Translations under genes and position numbers: made by a program
Shown: positions 37,929 through 46,585 of the stretch, piece after piece
Layout: each line of letters starts with the position of its first letter
How positions within the stretch are numbered: the first letter of the stretch is position 1
Source: Gammaproteobacteria bacterium
GTDB lineage: Bacteria > Pseudomonadota > Gammaproteobacteria > Pseudomonadales > Azotimanducaceae
Assembly (NCBI GenBank): GCA_020832055.1
Contig: JAFIFL010000001.1
Span: 1-61,369 of the forward strand
Reading direction: 5' to 3'
DNA length: 61,369 nt
The notes under the pieces: model-generated
Told to the model about the DNA's origin: nothing
What the model saw: only the letters and a program-made list of their open reading frames with translations
Databases searched by the model: none

Positions 37929-38330
37929 ATGCGATTGTTGTTGATTGCGGCCCTGATTGCCGGCATTGCCTGGGTTCTCTACCGCAACGTTCAGGAGCGG
38001 CGCCAAGCCTGGCTTGGCCGTTTGTCCTTGCCAGGGCGCTGGCAGGGCGAACAGGACGGCATCCACTATCGGCTGGAGCTCAGCGGTCAGGCCGATGAGG
38101 GCGACTACGTCGAGATCAACGAGGGCCCCGAAGGCAAACGTGAGGAGCGCGGGCGCTGGCGGGTCGTCGGCAGCAATATCGAGTTCGAACCCACGGATGC
38201 CGGTGTGTCCAGCTGTGAGCTGCGCTTGTTCGAATCCGGACGGATCGGCGTGCACGGACCGGGGCGGGAGCGGCGCATCTACGTCCGCTCCGGTGACAAC
38301 GTGGTCATGCTGCCGCGGCGTCGCGGCTGA
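37929..38330 (+). CDS. Hypothetical membrane-anchored protein (133 aa)
   Basis: N-terminal TM helix MRLLLIAALIAGIAWVLY followed by a beta-rich soluble part. I recognise no family. Confidence 0.5.
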   Translation: MRLLLIAALIAGIAWVLYRNVQERRQAWLGRLSLPGRWQGEQDGIHYRLELSGQADEGDYVEINEGPEGKREERGRWRVVGSNIEFEPTDAGVSSCELRLFESGRIGVHGPGRERRIYVRSGDNVVMLPRRRG

Positions 38331-39720
38331 AGCGGATGCTGACCACCATGGCGACAGCCCCGGCGAGCAGGAAGGCTGGCAGGATCTCGTAGACCTCGAA
38401 CCAGCCACCCGAGAGCGAACTCCACACCACCACCGTGATGCCGCCCGTGAGCATGCCGGCCAGCGCACCGGCCGCGGTCAGGCGGGGCCAGTGCAGCGCC
38501 AGCAGCAGGATCGGTCCGAAGCTCGCCCCGAGGCCGGCCCAGGCATGGCTCACCAGGGTCAGTACCCGGTTGTCCGGGTCCAGCGCCAGCAGCAGCGCCA
38601 GCACCGCCACAGCGACGACGGCCAGGCGCCCCACCGTCACCAGTTCGCCGCTGGACGCTTCCGGGCGCAACCAGGGCTTGTAGACATCCTCGGCGAGGCA
38701 GGTGGAGGCGACCAGCAGCTGAGAGTCGATGGTGCTCATCACGGCTGCCAGGATCGCGGCCAGCACGATGCCGGCCACCAGGGGATGGAACAGCAGCTGG
38801 GTGAGGTGGATGAACACGGTCTCGGCCTCCGGCAGGCCGTCGCCGAACACCGCGCTGCCGCCGAGGCCGACGGCCACGGCAGCCACCGTCGTGATCAGCA
38901 TCCAGCTCATGCCGATGTGGCGCGCCCGCGGCAGTTCGTCCTCGCTGCGTATCGCCATGAATCGGGCGAGGATGTGCGGCTGCCCGAAGTAGCCGAGCCC
39001 CCACGCCAGCAGGGAGAGCAGGGCCAGGGGCGTGAGCCCGGCAAAGGGGTCGAGGTGGCCAGGGGTGACGTCACCGGCTTCCGCGCTGCCGCCGATGAGC
39101 AACAGCGGCACCGCCACCAGCGCCAGCAGCATCAGGCAGCCCTGGAAGAAGTCGGTCCAGGAGACTGCGAGAAAGCCACCCGCCATGGTGTAGGCGACGA
39201 TGATTCCGGTACCGATGGCCAGTGCGGTCAGGTAGTCGAGTTCCAGCGTCGATTCGAACAGTCTGGCGCCGGCCACCAGTCCCGCCGCTACATAGAACGT
39301 GAAGAAGAACAGGATCAGTGCTGTGGCGGTGAGCCGAAGCAGCCGGATCATCTGGCGGTCCGCGCCGTGGCCGATGATGCGGCTCAAGAGCTCCGGCAGG
39401 GTCAGGGCGTCGTCTGCGGCGGCACTGGCGTGACGCAGCGGACCGGCCACCAGTCGCCAGTTCGCATAGGCCCCGAGCAGCAGGCCCACCACGATCCAGC
39501 CCTCCCGCAGACCGCTGAGATAGATGGCACCCGGCAGTCCGAGCAGCAGCCAGCCGCTCATGTCCGATGCGCCTGCGGACAGAGCCGTGACGCCCGGGCC
39601 CAGGGTGCGGCCGCCGAGCACGTAGTCGGAGATGCTCGAAGTCCGTCGCCAGGCGAAAAAGCCGATGGCGAAAAGTACCAGCAGGTAGCTCGCGAAGGAG
39701 ACCAGGGTAACGCTGTCCAG
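38305..39720 (-). CDS. putP: Sodium:proline symporter (SSS family)
   Basis: Shows LGGRTLGPGVTALSAGASDMSGWLLLGLPGAIY, colinear with PutP. Homology continues upstream of the track ORF start (LDSVTLVSFASYLLVLFAIGFFAWRRTSSISDYV). No ATG/GTG/TTG is available in that stretch, so I propose CTG at 39720 behind GAGGAGGG. Confidence 0.8.
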   Translation of the reverse strand: MDSVTLVSFASYLLVLFAIGFFAWRRTSSISDYVLGGRTLGPGVTALSAGASDMSGWLLLGLPGAIYLSGLREGWIVVGLLLGAYANWRLVAGPLRHASAAADDALTLPELLSRIIGHGADRQMIRLLRLTATALILFFFTFYVAAGLVAGARLFESTLELDYLTALAIGTGIIVAYTMAGGFLAVSWTDFFQGCLMLLALVAVPLLLIGGSAEAGDVTPGHLDPFAGLTPLALLSLLAWGLGYFGQPHILARFMAIRSEDELPRARHIGMSWMLITTVAAVAVGLGGSAVFGDGLPEAETVFIHLTQLLFHPLVAGIVLAAILAAVMSTIDSQLLVASTCLAEDVYKPWLRPEASSGELVTVGRLAVVAVAVLALLLALDPDNRVLTLVSHAWAGLGASFGPILLLALHWPRLTAAGALAGMLTGGITVVVWSSLSGGWFEVYEILPAFLLAGAVAMVVSIRFSRDAAAA

Positions 39721-39878
39721 GGGACCCTCCTCATGGATCAGGCCTGAGGGTCAAGCATGGGTGAGGTCGGCGATCGGCTCAAGCACGCAATGACCTGGGA
39801 ACATGGTCGGTCCGGGAATCAGGCGCCAAGAACGGGTAGAATGGCGCCCGCAGCACGGGCCGAGACCAGGGGGCAATC

Positions 39879-40367
39879 ATGAGCGACAGCATTCCCTACG
39901 ACGTGGAAGTGGAAACCCTGGATGGGAATCGGACGACCCTCGAAGCATACCGGGACAAGGTTCTGCTGATCGTCAATACCGCCAGCAAGTGCGGTTTCAC
40001 GCCGCAGTACAGCGGGCTGGAAAAGCTCTATCGTGAGCATCGCGATGCCGGGCTGGTGGTTCTCGGCTTTCCCTGCAATCAGTTCATGCAACAGGAACCC
40101 GGCGACGCCGCGGCCATCCGTGAGTTCTGCAGCCTGAACTACGATGTCACCTTTCCGCTGTTCGCGCGGATCGACGTCAACGGCCCCGCGACCCATCCGC
40201 TCTATCAGGTCCTGAAGCGGGCGAAGAAAGGCCTGCTCGGATCGGAGGCGGTGAAGTGGAATTTCACCAAGTTCCTGGTCGGCCGCGATGGTCGGGTACT
40301 GGGGCGCTACGCCCCCAACGACTCGCCGGAGTCGCTGGCTGAGCCCATTCGCAAGGCCCTCCCCTGA
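39879..40367 (+). CDS. Glutathione peroxidase (Cys-type)
   Basis: 162 aa. Shows LIVNTASKCGFTPQY, LGFPCNQF and WNFTKFLV. Confidence 0.92.
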   Translation: MSDSIPYDVEVETLDGNRTTLEAYRDKVLLIVNTASKCGFTPQYSGLEKLYREHRDAGLVVLGFPCNQFMQQEPGDAAAIREFCSLNYDVTFPLFARIDVNGPATHPLYQVLKRAKKGLLGSEAVKWNFTKFLVGRDGRVLGRYAPNDSPESLAEPIRKALP

Positions 40368-40369
40368 TC

Positions 40370-41266
40370 ATGAATGCCGAACTCGAGCGCGCCCTGGGCA
40401 AGGCACTGACGCGTCTGGAAGCCTGGCTGCCGCCCATGGAACAGCCGGTGGATTTCACCACGGCGGCTGCCGCAGTCTGGCGGCCGGGTCCTCTGGGAGG
40501 GCACCTGGCCGCGCGTGGACAGATCGATGCCATCGGCCTCGATGACCTGCTCGGCATTGACATCCAGAAGCAACGGGTGGCTCAGAACACCCGGCAGTTC
40601 GTGGCGGGTCTGCCGGCCAACAACGTGCTGCTGTGGGGCGCACGGGGCACCGGCAAGTCGTCGCTCATCCATGCCCTGCTCAATGCCCATGCCGGCGAAG
40701 GTCTCAGGCTGGTGGAGGTCGACCGGGCGGCGCTGCTGGCGCTGCCGGAGATCGTCGCCCCGCTGGCGCCGGAGCCCGGGCGGTTGATCCTGTTCTGCGC
40801 CGATCAGTCCATCGAAGCCACCGATCCCTCCTACAAGGCCCTGAAAAGCGTTCTGGAAGGCTCGGTGTTCGCCACCGCCGACAACATCGTGATCTATGCC
40901 ACTTCCAATCGCCGCCACCTGCTGCCCGAGTCCCTTTCCGAGAACCTGGAGACACGGCATACCGCCGAGGGCGAGATCCACCCCGGCGAGACGACCGAGG
41001 AAAAGGTATCCCTGTCGGATCGTTTCGGCCTGTGGGTGTCCTTCCAGCCGATGGTGCAGGACCGCTATCTGGAGGTCGCGGCCCATTGGGTCGGCTCTCT
41101 GAGCCGCCGCCATGGCATCGAGCTGCCGTTCGATGACGAGGCCCGGTCTGGAGCTCTGCGCTGGGCCCTCGCGCGGGGCAGTCGCAGCGGGCGGATCGCC
41201 CATCACTTCGCCCGTCATTGGGTTGGCAGCCAGATCCTGGCGACGGCCCACCACAATTCGAACTGA
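40370..41266 (+). CDS. DUF815 family AAA-type ATP-binding protein
   Basis: 298 aa. Starts 2 nt after the gpx stop. Walker A is LLWGARGTGKSS. Shows ATSNRRHL. Confidence 0.75.
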   Translation: MNAELERALGKALTRLEAWLPPMEQPVDFTTAAAAVWRPGPLGGHLAARGQIDAIGLDDLLGIDIQKQRVAQNTRQFVAGLPANNVLLWGARGTGKSSLIHALLNAHAGEGLRLVEVDRAALLALPEIVAPLAPEPGRLILFCADQSIEATDPSYKALKSVLEGSVFATADNIVIYATSNRRHLLPESLSENLETRHTAEGEIHPGETTEEKVSLSDRFGLWVSFQPMVQDRYLEVAAHWVGSLSRRHGIELPFDDEARSGALRWALARGSRSGRIAHHFARHWVGSQILATAHHNSN

Positions 41267-41324
41267 ACTTCACCTGCATCCGGCGGGGCCGGATGCCCGA
41301 TCGATTCTCGTCAGAGGAGTGCAC

Positions 41325-42356
41325 ATGACTGTCCGCATCAAGGTTCCGGGGATCCTCTTGGCCCTGCTGCTGCTGTTTGCCGGCCCCGTGCAGGCCGACG
41401 TGGTCTGGCTGAAAAGCGGTGACCGCGTCAGCGGCAAGGTCGAAAGCCTCGACGGCAGTGCTTTGCGGATCAAGACCGATTGGGGCGGAACCGTGACGAT
41501 CAAGCGCGATGCCATTGCCAGCATCCGGACCGACAGCGAGATCAACCTGATGCTCTACGACGGCGAACGCGTCGAGGCCAGGCTCGATCGCGATCGAGAC
41601 GAAGAGGGGGACGAGCTTAAGATCGTCGCGGAGGATCAGGAGCCCCGCGGCGTGACCCTGCAGGCGGTTCGCTACGCCAGCGTCGACGCCGCAGTCGACC
41701 GCCCTGGGGATCGCTGGCAGTCCCGCCTGACTTACGGTCTGAACATATCCACCGGCAACACCGACACGGAAAATCACTCGCTCCGGGCCAGCAGTACCCT
41801 GCGCCGGGGGCCCTGGCGCCATCAGGGCAACGCGGATCTGGATCTGAAAAAGGATTCCGGAACCACTACCCGAGAGCAGTACCGGGTGGGCTATCAGCTT
41901 GACTGGTTCTTCCGGGAAAACTGGTTCGCCTTCGGCAGCAGCGAGTACTTCCAGGACGAACTTCGTGGCGTGGACTACCGGGTCACGCTTGGCGGTGGTC
42001 TGGGCCACCAGTTCTGGGACAACACCCTCGGTGCGCTCTCGCTGGAAGGCGGTATCAGTGAAGTGATCGAGAAGGTGGGCGGCGAAAGTGACAACAATCG
42101 CGCCTTGAGGGCGGGTCTCGACTACAACCGCTTCTACATGGGCAAGCGGCTGGAACTGTTCCACGGCAGTGAGCTGCTGGTGCTGGCAGAACGTGATCGC
42201 GGCGAGATCCTGAAGACTTCAACCGGGGTGCGCTATGCCCTGAACTCCTTCCTGAGCACGAACTTTCGGGTGGACTTCGATCATGAAACTGAGCCGTCCC
42301 CCGGCCGCAAGAAGAGTGATCTGGTCTATGTCATCGGCGTTGGCTTCACCTGGTGA
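41325..42356 (+). CDS. DUF481 (YdiY-like) outer-membrane beta-barrel protein
   Basis: Track ORF 41112..42356 trimmed to the ATG at 41325 (RBS AGAGGAG). Has a signal peptide ending in VQA. Shows GNTDTEN and alternating beta-strand repeats. Ends in the aromatic residues F-T-W. Confidence 0.7.
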   Translation: MTVRIKVPGILLALLLLFAGPVQADVVWLKSGDRVSGKVESLDGSALRIKTDWGGTVTIKRDAIASIRTDSEINLMLYDGERVEARLDRDRDEEGDELKIVAEDQEPRGVTLQAVRYASVDAAVDRPGDRWQSRLTYGLNISTGNTDTENHSLRASSTLRRGPWRHQGNADLDLKKDSGTTTREQYRVGYQLDWFFRENWFAFGSSEYFQDELRGVDYRVTLGGGLGHQFWDNTLGALSLEGGISEVIEKVGGESDNNRALRAGLDYNRFYMGKRLELFHGSELLVLAERDRGEILKTSTGVRYALNSFLSTNFRVDFDHETEPSPGRKKSDLVYVIGVGFTW

Positions 42357-42389
42357 AGGCAGTTTTTTCAGCTTTGTTCGGAAGGTTGC

Positions 42390-42417
42390 TTGACTCGCAC
42401 CGAACCGCTGCTAGACT
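42390..42417 (+). promoter_or_regulatory. Putative sigma70 promoter of the tRNA-Glu/tRNA-Gly operon
   Basis: TTGACT (42390-42395), a 16-nt spacer, then TAGACT (42412-42417), followed by the GC-rich discriminator CGCCGCC. It lies about 50 nt upstream of tRNA-Glu. Confidence 0.5.
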
Positions 42418-42467
42418 ACGCCGCCTGTCGCTCCTGAGGTCCTGGCCAGAGCGACAGGTAGTGCAGC

Positions 42468-42543
42468 GTCCCCTTCGTCTAGAGGCCTAGGACACCGCCC
42501 TTTCACGGCGGTAACAGGGGTTCGAATCCCCTAGGGGACGCCA
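42468..42543 (+). tRNA. tRNA-Glu (anticodon UUC)
   Basis: GTCCCCTTCGTCTAGAGGCCTAGGACACCGCCCTTTCACGGCGGTAACAGGGGTTCGAATCCCCTAGGGGACGCCA. Nearly identical to the enterobacterial tRNA-Glu and has an encoded CCA. Confidence 0.95.
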
Positions 42544-42618
42544 TCTTTGCCAAGCGCCACCACGGTGGTAGATTGGCACCGACGGCGGGACGCGAGTTCG
42601 CCGTCAGCAGGCGACAAA

Positions 42619-42694
<76 letters not shown>

Positions 42695-42722
42695 AATTCC
42701 GGAATGAAATCAAGAACTTGAG

Positions 42723-42748
42723 CGGCCTCTTTTCAGAGGCCGTTTTTC
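42723..42748 (+). terminator. Rho-independent terminator of the tRNA operon
   Basis: CGGCCTCT-TTTC-AGAGGCCG stem-loop followed by TTTTT, 28 nt after tRNA-Gly. Confidence 0.7.
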
Positions 42749-43000
42749 CTTCTGGTGAGGTGTGGCCAATTCTTGTCCAAAGCTTCCGTTGCCCATTCGA
42801 TCTGACCACTGAGTTACCCTCTAATCCTTCACTGGCGCCTCCTGAACTGCGCCCGCGGTGATCCCGCTGGTGTACACAAAACGCACGAATCCCCCTCTCG
42901 CTTTCCGGCAGGATCAGCTCTCCGGCTTCCTGGGTCCAACTGACGCCATCAGGATGGTGCGTAGTGGGTCCCCGTTTCCGCGCGCAGGCCCACTCCTGAC

Positions 43001-43522
43001 GTCGGCGCTTATGGGGTCATTGTGCCGATGGTGAATAACGCCGAGCAGGCGCGGGCAGCGGTGGCCTCCTGCCGCTATCCCCCGGAGGGGATCCGTTCGT
43101 TCGGCCCGATTCGGGCTGCACTGTACGGTGGTCGGGGCTATGCCAGACAGGCCAATCTGGAACTGGCCTGCGTGGTGATGATCGAGACTGCCGAGGCCCT
43201 GGCATGCATCGATGAAATCCTGGCTGTCGAAGGCATCGACGCCATCTACGTCGGCCCCTCTGATCTCGGCCTGTCTCGCGGGAGATCACCCAAAGGCGAC
43301 GACGACGATCCCGCTCATCTGGCCGATATCGCCGACATTCTCGCCGCGGCACAGCGGCATGGTGTTCCCGCAGGAATCCATTGCGGCAGCGTCGAGTTTG
43401 CCCGGCGCTGGATCGAGATGGGATCCGTCATGGTCACGGTGGGATCGGACAGCGGATTTATGGCGCGAACTGCCGGTGCTGATCTGGCCGCTGTGTGGGC
43501 CGGGATCTCGCCTCGCGGCTAA
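43001..43522 (+). pseudogene. 5'-truncated HpcH/HpaI aldolase family gene fragment
   Basis: The frame is open only from 42965 (in-frame TAG at 42962). Similarity starts at DVGAYGVIVPMVNNAEQARAAV...RYPPEGIRSFGP...MIETAEAL..IDEILAVEGIDAIYVGPSDL. The N-terminal ~80 residues expected for this family are absent. Confidence 0.6.
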
Positions 43523-43655
43523 TTGTTTCTGACGCTTCAATCTGCGCTGAGCCCACCGCGTCCCGTGATGATTCCAGAGTGCATAAAGGCCTATTTTCTT
43601 GCCGCAAAACGTTCTTGGAAGACGCTTCACTCGGTCGTGGGCTCGGCTAGAATAA

Positions 43656-43671
43656 CTGTACATAAAATCAG
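43656..43671 (+). promoter_or_regulatory. LexA (SOS) box-like palindrome, with possible promoter just upstream
   Basis: CTGTACATAAAATCAG compared with the gammaproteobacterial CTGT-N8-ACAG consensus (one core mismatch). It is preceded by TTCACT, 16 nt, then TAGAAT (43626-43653). It lies 41 nt upstream of the ATG of the DUF222/HNH pseudogene. Confidence 0.25.
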
Positions 43672-43711
43672 CTATTCAGCCCTGTATGGGAGCGCTGAAC
43701 AGGAGCCCGCC

Positions 43712-44400
43712 ATGGAACCGGCCACCCACGATCTCCCCGACTTCGACGCCATGAACGACGAAGAGCTCAACGCCCAGCTCGGGCTGCTCTGCACCCACAT
43801 GTACGCCGCCGAGCACCATGTTCCTGCGCTGCGTGCGGGCCTGGGAGAACGGCGCCTCGCTGCATGTGCATGGCGCGTGAAGTCCACCGCCCACTGGCTC
43901 AACGCCCGCTGTGGGAGGGCCCTAATCGCGCAGCGATTGGGCCGATTCGGAGGCGCTGGGCCGGAGCTGAGCGGACTGCCTTCGCTGGCCGTCATGCGGA
44001 TCGGCGCATTTCGCTGCGCGAAACAGCGCTCTCCCACAATGGCGTGTCGCTCGAAGCTGGCGCAACGCCTTCTGTGGTATCGCCATGGGCGCAGCCCGTG
44101 AGAAAGTCCGCGCCATCAGCCGGGTCGCCACCGCCGAGAACGAGGCCTTCCTGCTCAGCGTCGCCCTGCGGGGCACGGCCTCCCACCTCGAACGGCTCGC
44201 CGCCGCCTACCGCAAGCTCGAAAAGCTCCACGATCCCGAGCGGCTGTTGAAACTGCGGCGGGAGCGCCGGCTGGAATGGTATTGGGACGACGACATGCTC
44301 AATATCCAGGGTAAGCTGTAGCCGGAGGACGGCGCCCTGTTCATCAAGTGCATCGAGTCCATGCGCGACTTCATGTATCGGGAGCATTCCCCGGGGTGAG
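43712..44400 (+). pseudogene. DUF222/HNH endonuclease family pseudogene (interrupted, frameshifted, in-frame stop)
   Basis: RBS AGGAG plus ATG at 43712. The N-terminal fragment ends ...STAHWLNARCG at the repeat element. After the element a different frame reads SWRNAFCGIAMGAAREKVRAISRVATAENEAFLL..GTASHLERL. There is a TAG at 44319-44321, and the same frame then continues PEDGALFIKCIE. Confidence 0.6.
43909..44038 (-). repeat. MITE/REP-like palindromic element, copy 2 (about 130 nt, inverted relative to copy 1)
   Basis: The reverse complement matches copy 1 almost perfectly over the terminal ~40 nt at each end (1-2 mismatches by eye). The central ~45 nt differ. Confidence 0.8.
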
Positions 44401-44653
44401 CCTGTTGGGCAATCTGCCAAGATTCCGCGGAGGTTAAGCCCGACTTAGGGTAGCTCGATGCCGTGCGGGGTGTCCGATGGGCATGGGAGTACCGAAGACC
44501 ACCACAAGCACGTCCAGGATTTGATCGATCCGGCTGGGGTCCGGCAACCCTCGATCGCGTGATCAAGTGACGATCGGCCGCCCGGGTGGCAGCATTGCGG
44601 CTCACTGAGCTGACTTGCACTGACGCTCCCGATGTCCATGCCGGAGGCTGCCC

Positions 44654-45451
44654 ATGCCCGTCCCGCCTGTGCCCAGACCTGAGCCGCAACACAACCACCT
44701 GCTGGCGGCTCTGTCGCCTGAAGTGCAGGGTCGCCTGTTTTCGCATCTGGAGCTGGTGCCCTTGTCGCTGGGATCGCTGCTCTACGAGTCCGGGCGGGCC
44801 ATGCGTCACGTCTACTTTCCCACCGACTCGATCATCTCGCTGCAGTACTTGATGCAGAACGGTGATTCGACGGCGATCCTGGTCGTGGGCAATGAAGGCC
44901 TGCTCGGCTACACCCTGTTCATGGGTGAGGAGACCACGCGAAGCCGTTCCCTGGTGCAGAGCGCGGGCCATGCCTTTCGCCTGCCGAGGGCGCGGGTGAA
45001 GGAGGAGTTCAGTCGCCACGGTGAACTGCTGCTGCTGATGCTGCGCTACACCCAGGCGCTGATCAGCCAGGTGGCCCAGACGGCGGTTTGCAACCGCCAC
45101 CATTCGATCGACCAGCAGCTTTGCCGCTGGCTCCTGCTGTCCATGGACCGCCTGTCCCACGCCGATCTGACCATGACCCAGGAGTTCATCGCCAACATGC
45201 TCGGCGTGCGGCGCGAGGGCGTGGCCCTGGCGGCAGCGAAACTGCAGGACGCCGGTGTGATTGTCTATGCACGGGGACGGATCAGGGTGCTCGAGCGGGC
45301 GAAGCTCGAGCAGGCGGCCTGCGAGTGCTACGAGGTGGTCCGCAAGGAGACGGAGCTGCTGCTCCCCTATCTGCCTCAGCGGCAGCTGGTCAACGAGGCC
45401 ACGCAGATACCTGTGGTGAAGCTCGCGAATCGCGGTGCGGGTGCCCGTTGA
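44654..45451 (+). CDS. Crp/Fnr family transcriptional regulator
   Basis: 265 aa with RBS GGAGG. Has a cNMP-binding-like barrel (VYFPTDSIISL...GNEGLLG) and a C-terminal HTH (MTQEFIANMLGVRREGVALAAAKLQDAGVI). Confidence 0.85.
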   Translation: MPVPPVPRPEPQHNHLLAALSPEVQGRLFSHLELVPLSLGSLLYESGRAMRHVYFPTDSIISLQYLMQNGDSTAILVVGNEGLLGYTLFMGEETTRSRSLVQSAGHAFRLPRARVKEEFSRHGELLLLMLRYTQALISQVAQTAVCNRHHSIDQQLCRWLLLSMDRLSHADLTMTQEFIANMLGVRREGVALAAAKLQDAGVIVYARGRIRVLERAKLEQAACECYEVVRKETELLLPYLPQRQLVNEATQIPVVKLANRGAGAR

Positions 45452-45598
45452 TATCTGCGGGGTTCAGTGACGGCGCTTTCCCAAGGCAGGCCGAGATCGG
45501 CTAGACTCGCTGCATGTCCAGGATCAAGCGCATCCACCACACTGGCGTCAGCGTGGCCGGGGCCTCCCGGTGACCCGGCCACTGCACAGGACACGACC

Positions 45599-46066
45599 AT
45601 GCAAGGACCCGTACGCAGCCTGACGCTCGACGAGATCCGCGCCTTTACCGGTGAGGAGATCGGTGTCTCCGACTGGTTCGAGCTGGATCAGGACAAGATC
45701 AACCGCTTTGCGGATCTCACCGAGGATCAAATGTTCCTCCATGTGAACCCCGAGGCCGCCAGCGCGACGCCCTTTGGCGGCACCATCGCCCACGGCCTGC
45801 TGACGCTGTCGATGATGCCGGTGATGGCCTATCAGGCCATGCCGGGCGTGTCCGGCACCAGGATGGGCGTGAACTACGGTTACGACAAGGTCCGGTTCAT
45901 GGCGCCCGTGAAGAGCGGCAAGCGCATCCGCGGCCGCTTTGTGGTCAAGGGTGTCGAGGACAAGGGTGATGGCCGCGTGCAGATCATTCACAGCGTCACC
46001 ATCGAGATCGAAGACGAGTCCAAACCGGCGCTGGCGGCGGAATGGATCACCATGGTGTGGATGTAG
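45599..46066 (+). CDS. MaoC-like (R)-hydratase / hot-dog fold dehydratase
   Basis: Track ORF 45467..46066 trimmed to the ATG at 45599. Shows INRFADLTEDQMFLHVNPE and FGGTIAHGLLTLS. Confidence 0.82.
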   Translation: MQGPVRSLTLDEIRAFTGEEIGVSDWFELDQDKINRFADLTEDQMFLHVNPEAASATPFGGTIAHGLLTLSMMPVMAYQAMPGVSGTRMGVNYGYDKVRFMAPVKSGKRIRGRFVVKGVEDKGDGRVQIIHSVTIEIEDESKPALAAEWITMVWM

Positions 46067-46079
46067 TCGGGTGAGGGTG

Positions 46080-46562
46080 ATGAAAGGGATGTTGCGGAGT
46101 CTGGTCGGGTTACTGACGGTGGTGGCGATGAGCGCAGTGGCGGACGGAGTGCCGGGTCGGGTGGCCGACCTCGGTTGGATGGCGGGTTACTGGAAGGGGC
46201 CATTCGGGGAGGACACGCTGGAAGAACACTGGATGCATCCCTCTGACGACACGGTGGTCGGTTCGGTGAGAGTCACCCGCGATGGCGTCACGCGCATCAA
46301 GGAGTTCATCGTGATCGAGCAGGCGGGCGACACGCTGCTGTTCCGGGTGAGCCAGTTCCAGCCTGGCATGAAGCCCATCCACGATGAGCCTCCGATCATG
46401 ACCTTGACGGAGATCGGTGATCGGCGCGTCGCCTTTGAGAGCGCCGGTGGTTTCGTCTTCAGAACGCTGGCCTACAGCCGACCGGAAGAGGATCGCTTCG
46501 TCATCGAGGCCGAGCTGGCCACGGGTGAGCCCTTGCAGCTCAAGCTTGCGCCGGTCCGGTGA
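46080..46562 (+). CDS. Secreted protein of unknown function (resembles the DUF6265 family)
   Basis: Track ORF 45939..46562 trimmed to the ATG at 46080. Signal peptide, then LGWMAGYWKG...LEEHWM. The family name is recalled from memory and was not verified. Confidence 0.5.
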   Translation: MKGMLRSLVGLLTVVAMSAVADGVPGRVADLGWMAGYWKGPFGEDTLEEHWMHPSDDTVVGSVRVTRDGVTRIKEFIVIEQAGDTLLFRVSQFQPGMKPIHDEPPIMTLTEIGDRRVAFESAGGFVFRTLAYSRPEEDRFVIEAELATGEPLQLKLAPVR

Positions 46563-46585
46563 CGACACGAACGAAGAGGAAAGGC

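Noticed and set aside
41276-41296. Perfect 9-bp stem with a 3-nt loop (GCATCCGGC-GGG-GCCGGATGC) between the DUF815 and DUF481 genes.
   Set aside because: No U-tract follows, so I do not call it an intrinsic terminator. It could be an RNA stability or processing element, but I found no second copy in the window.
42695-44653. Looked for a direct repeat of the tRNA-Gly 3' end (attR) and for integrase remnants in the islet.
   Set aside because: None was found by eye. The islet interpretation therefore rests on gene decay and composition only.
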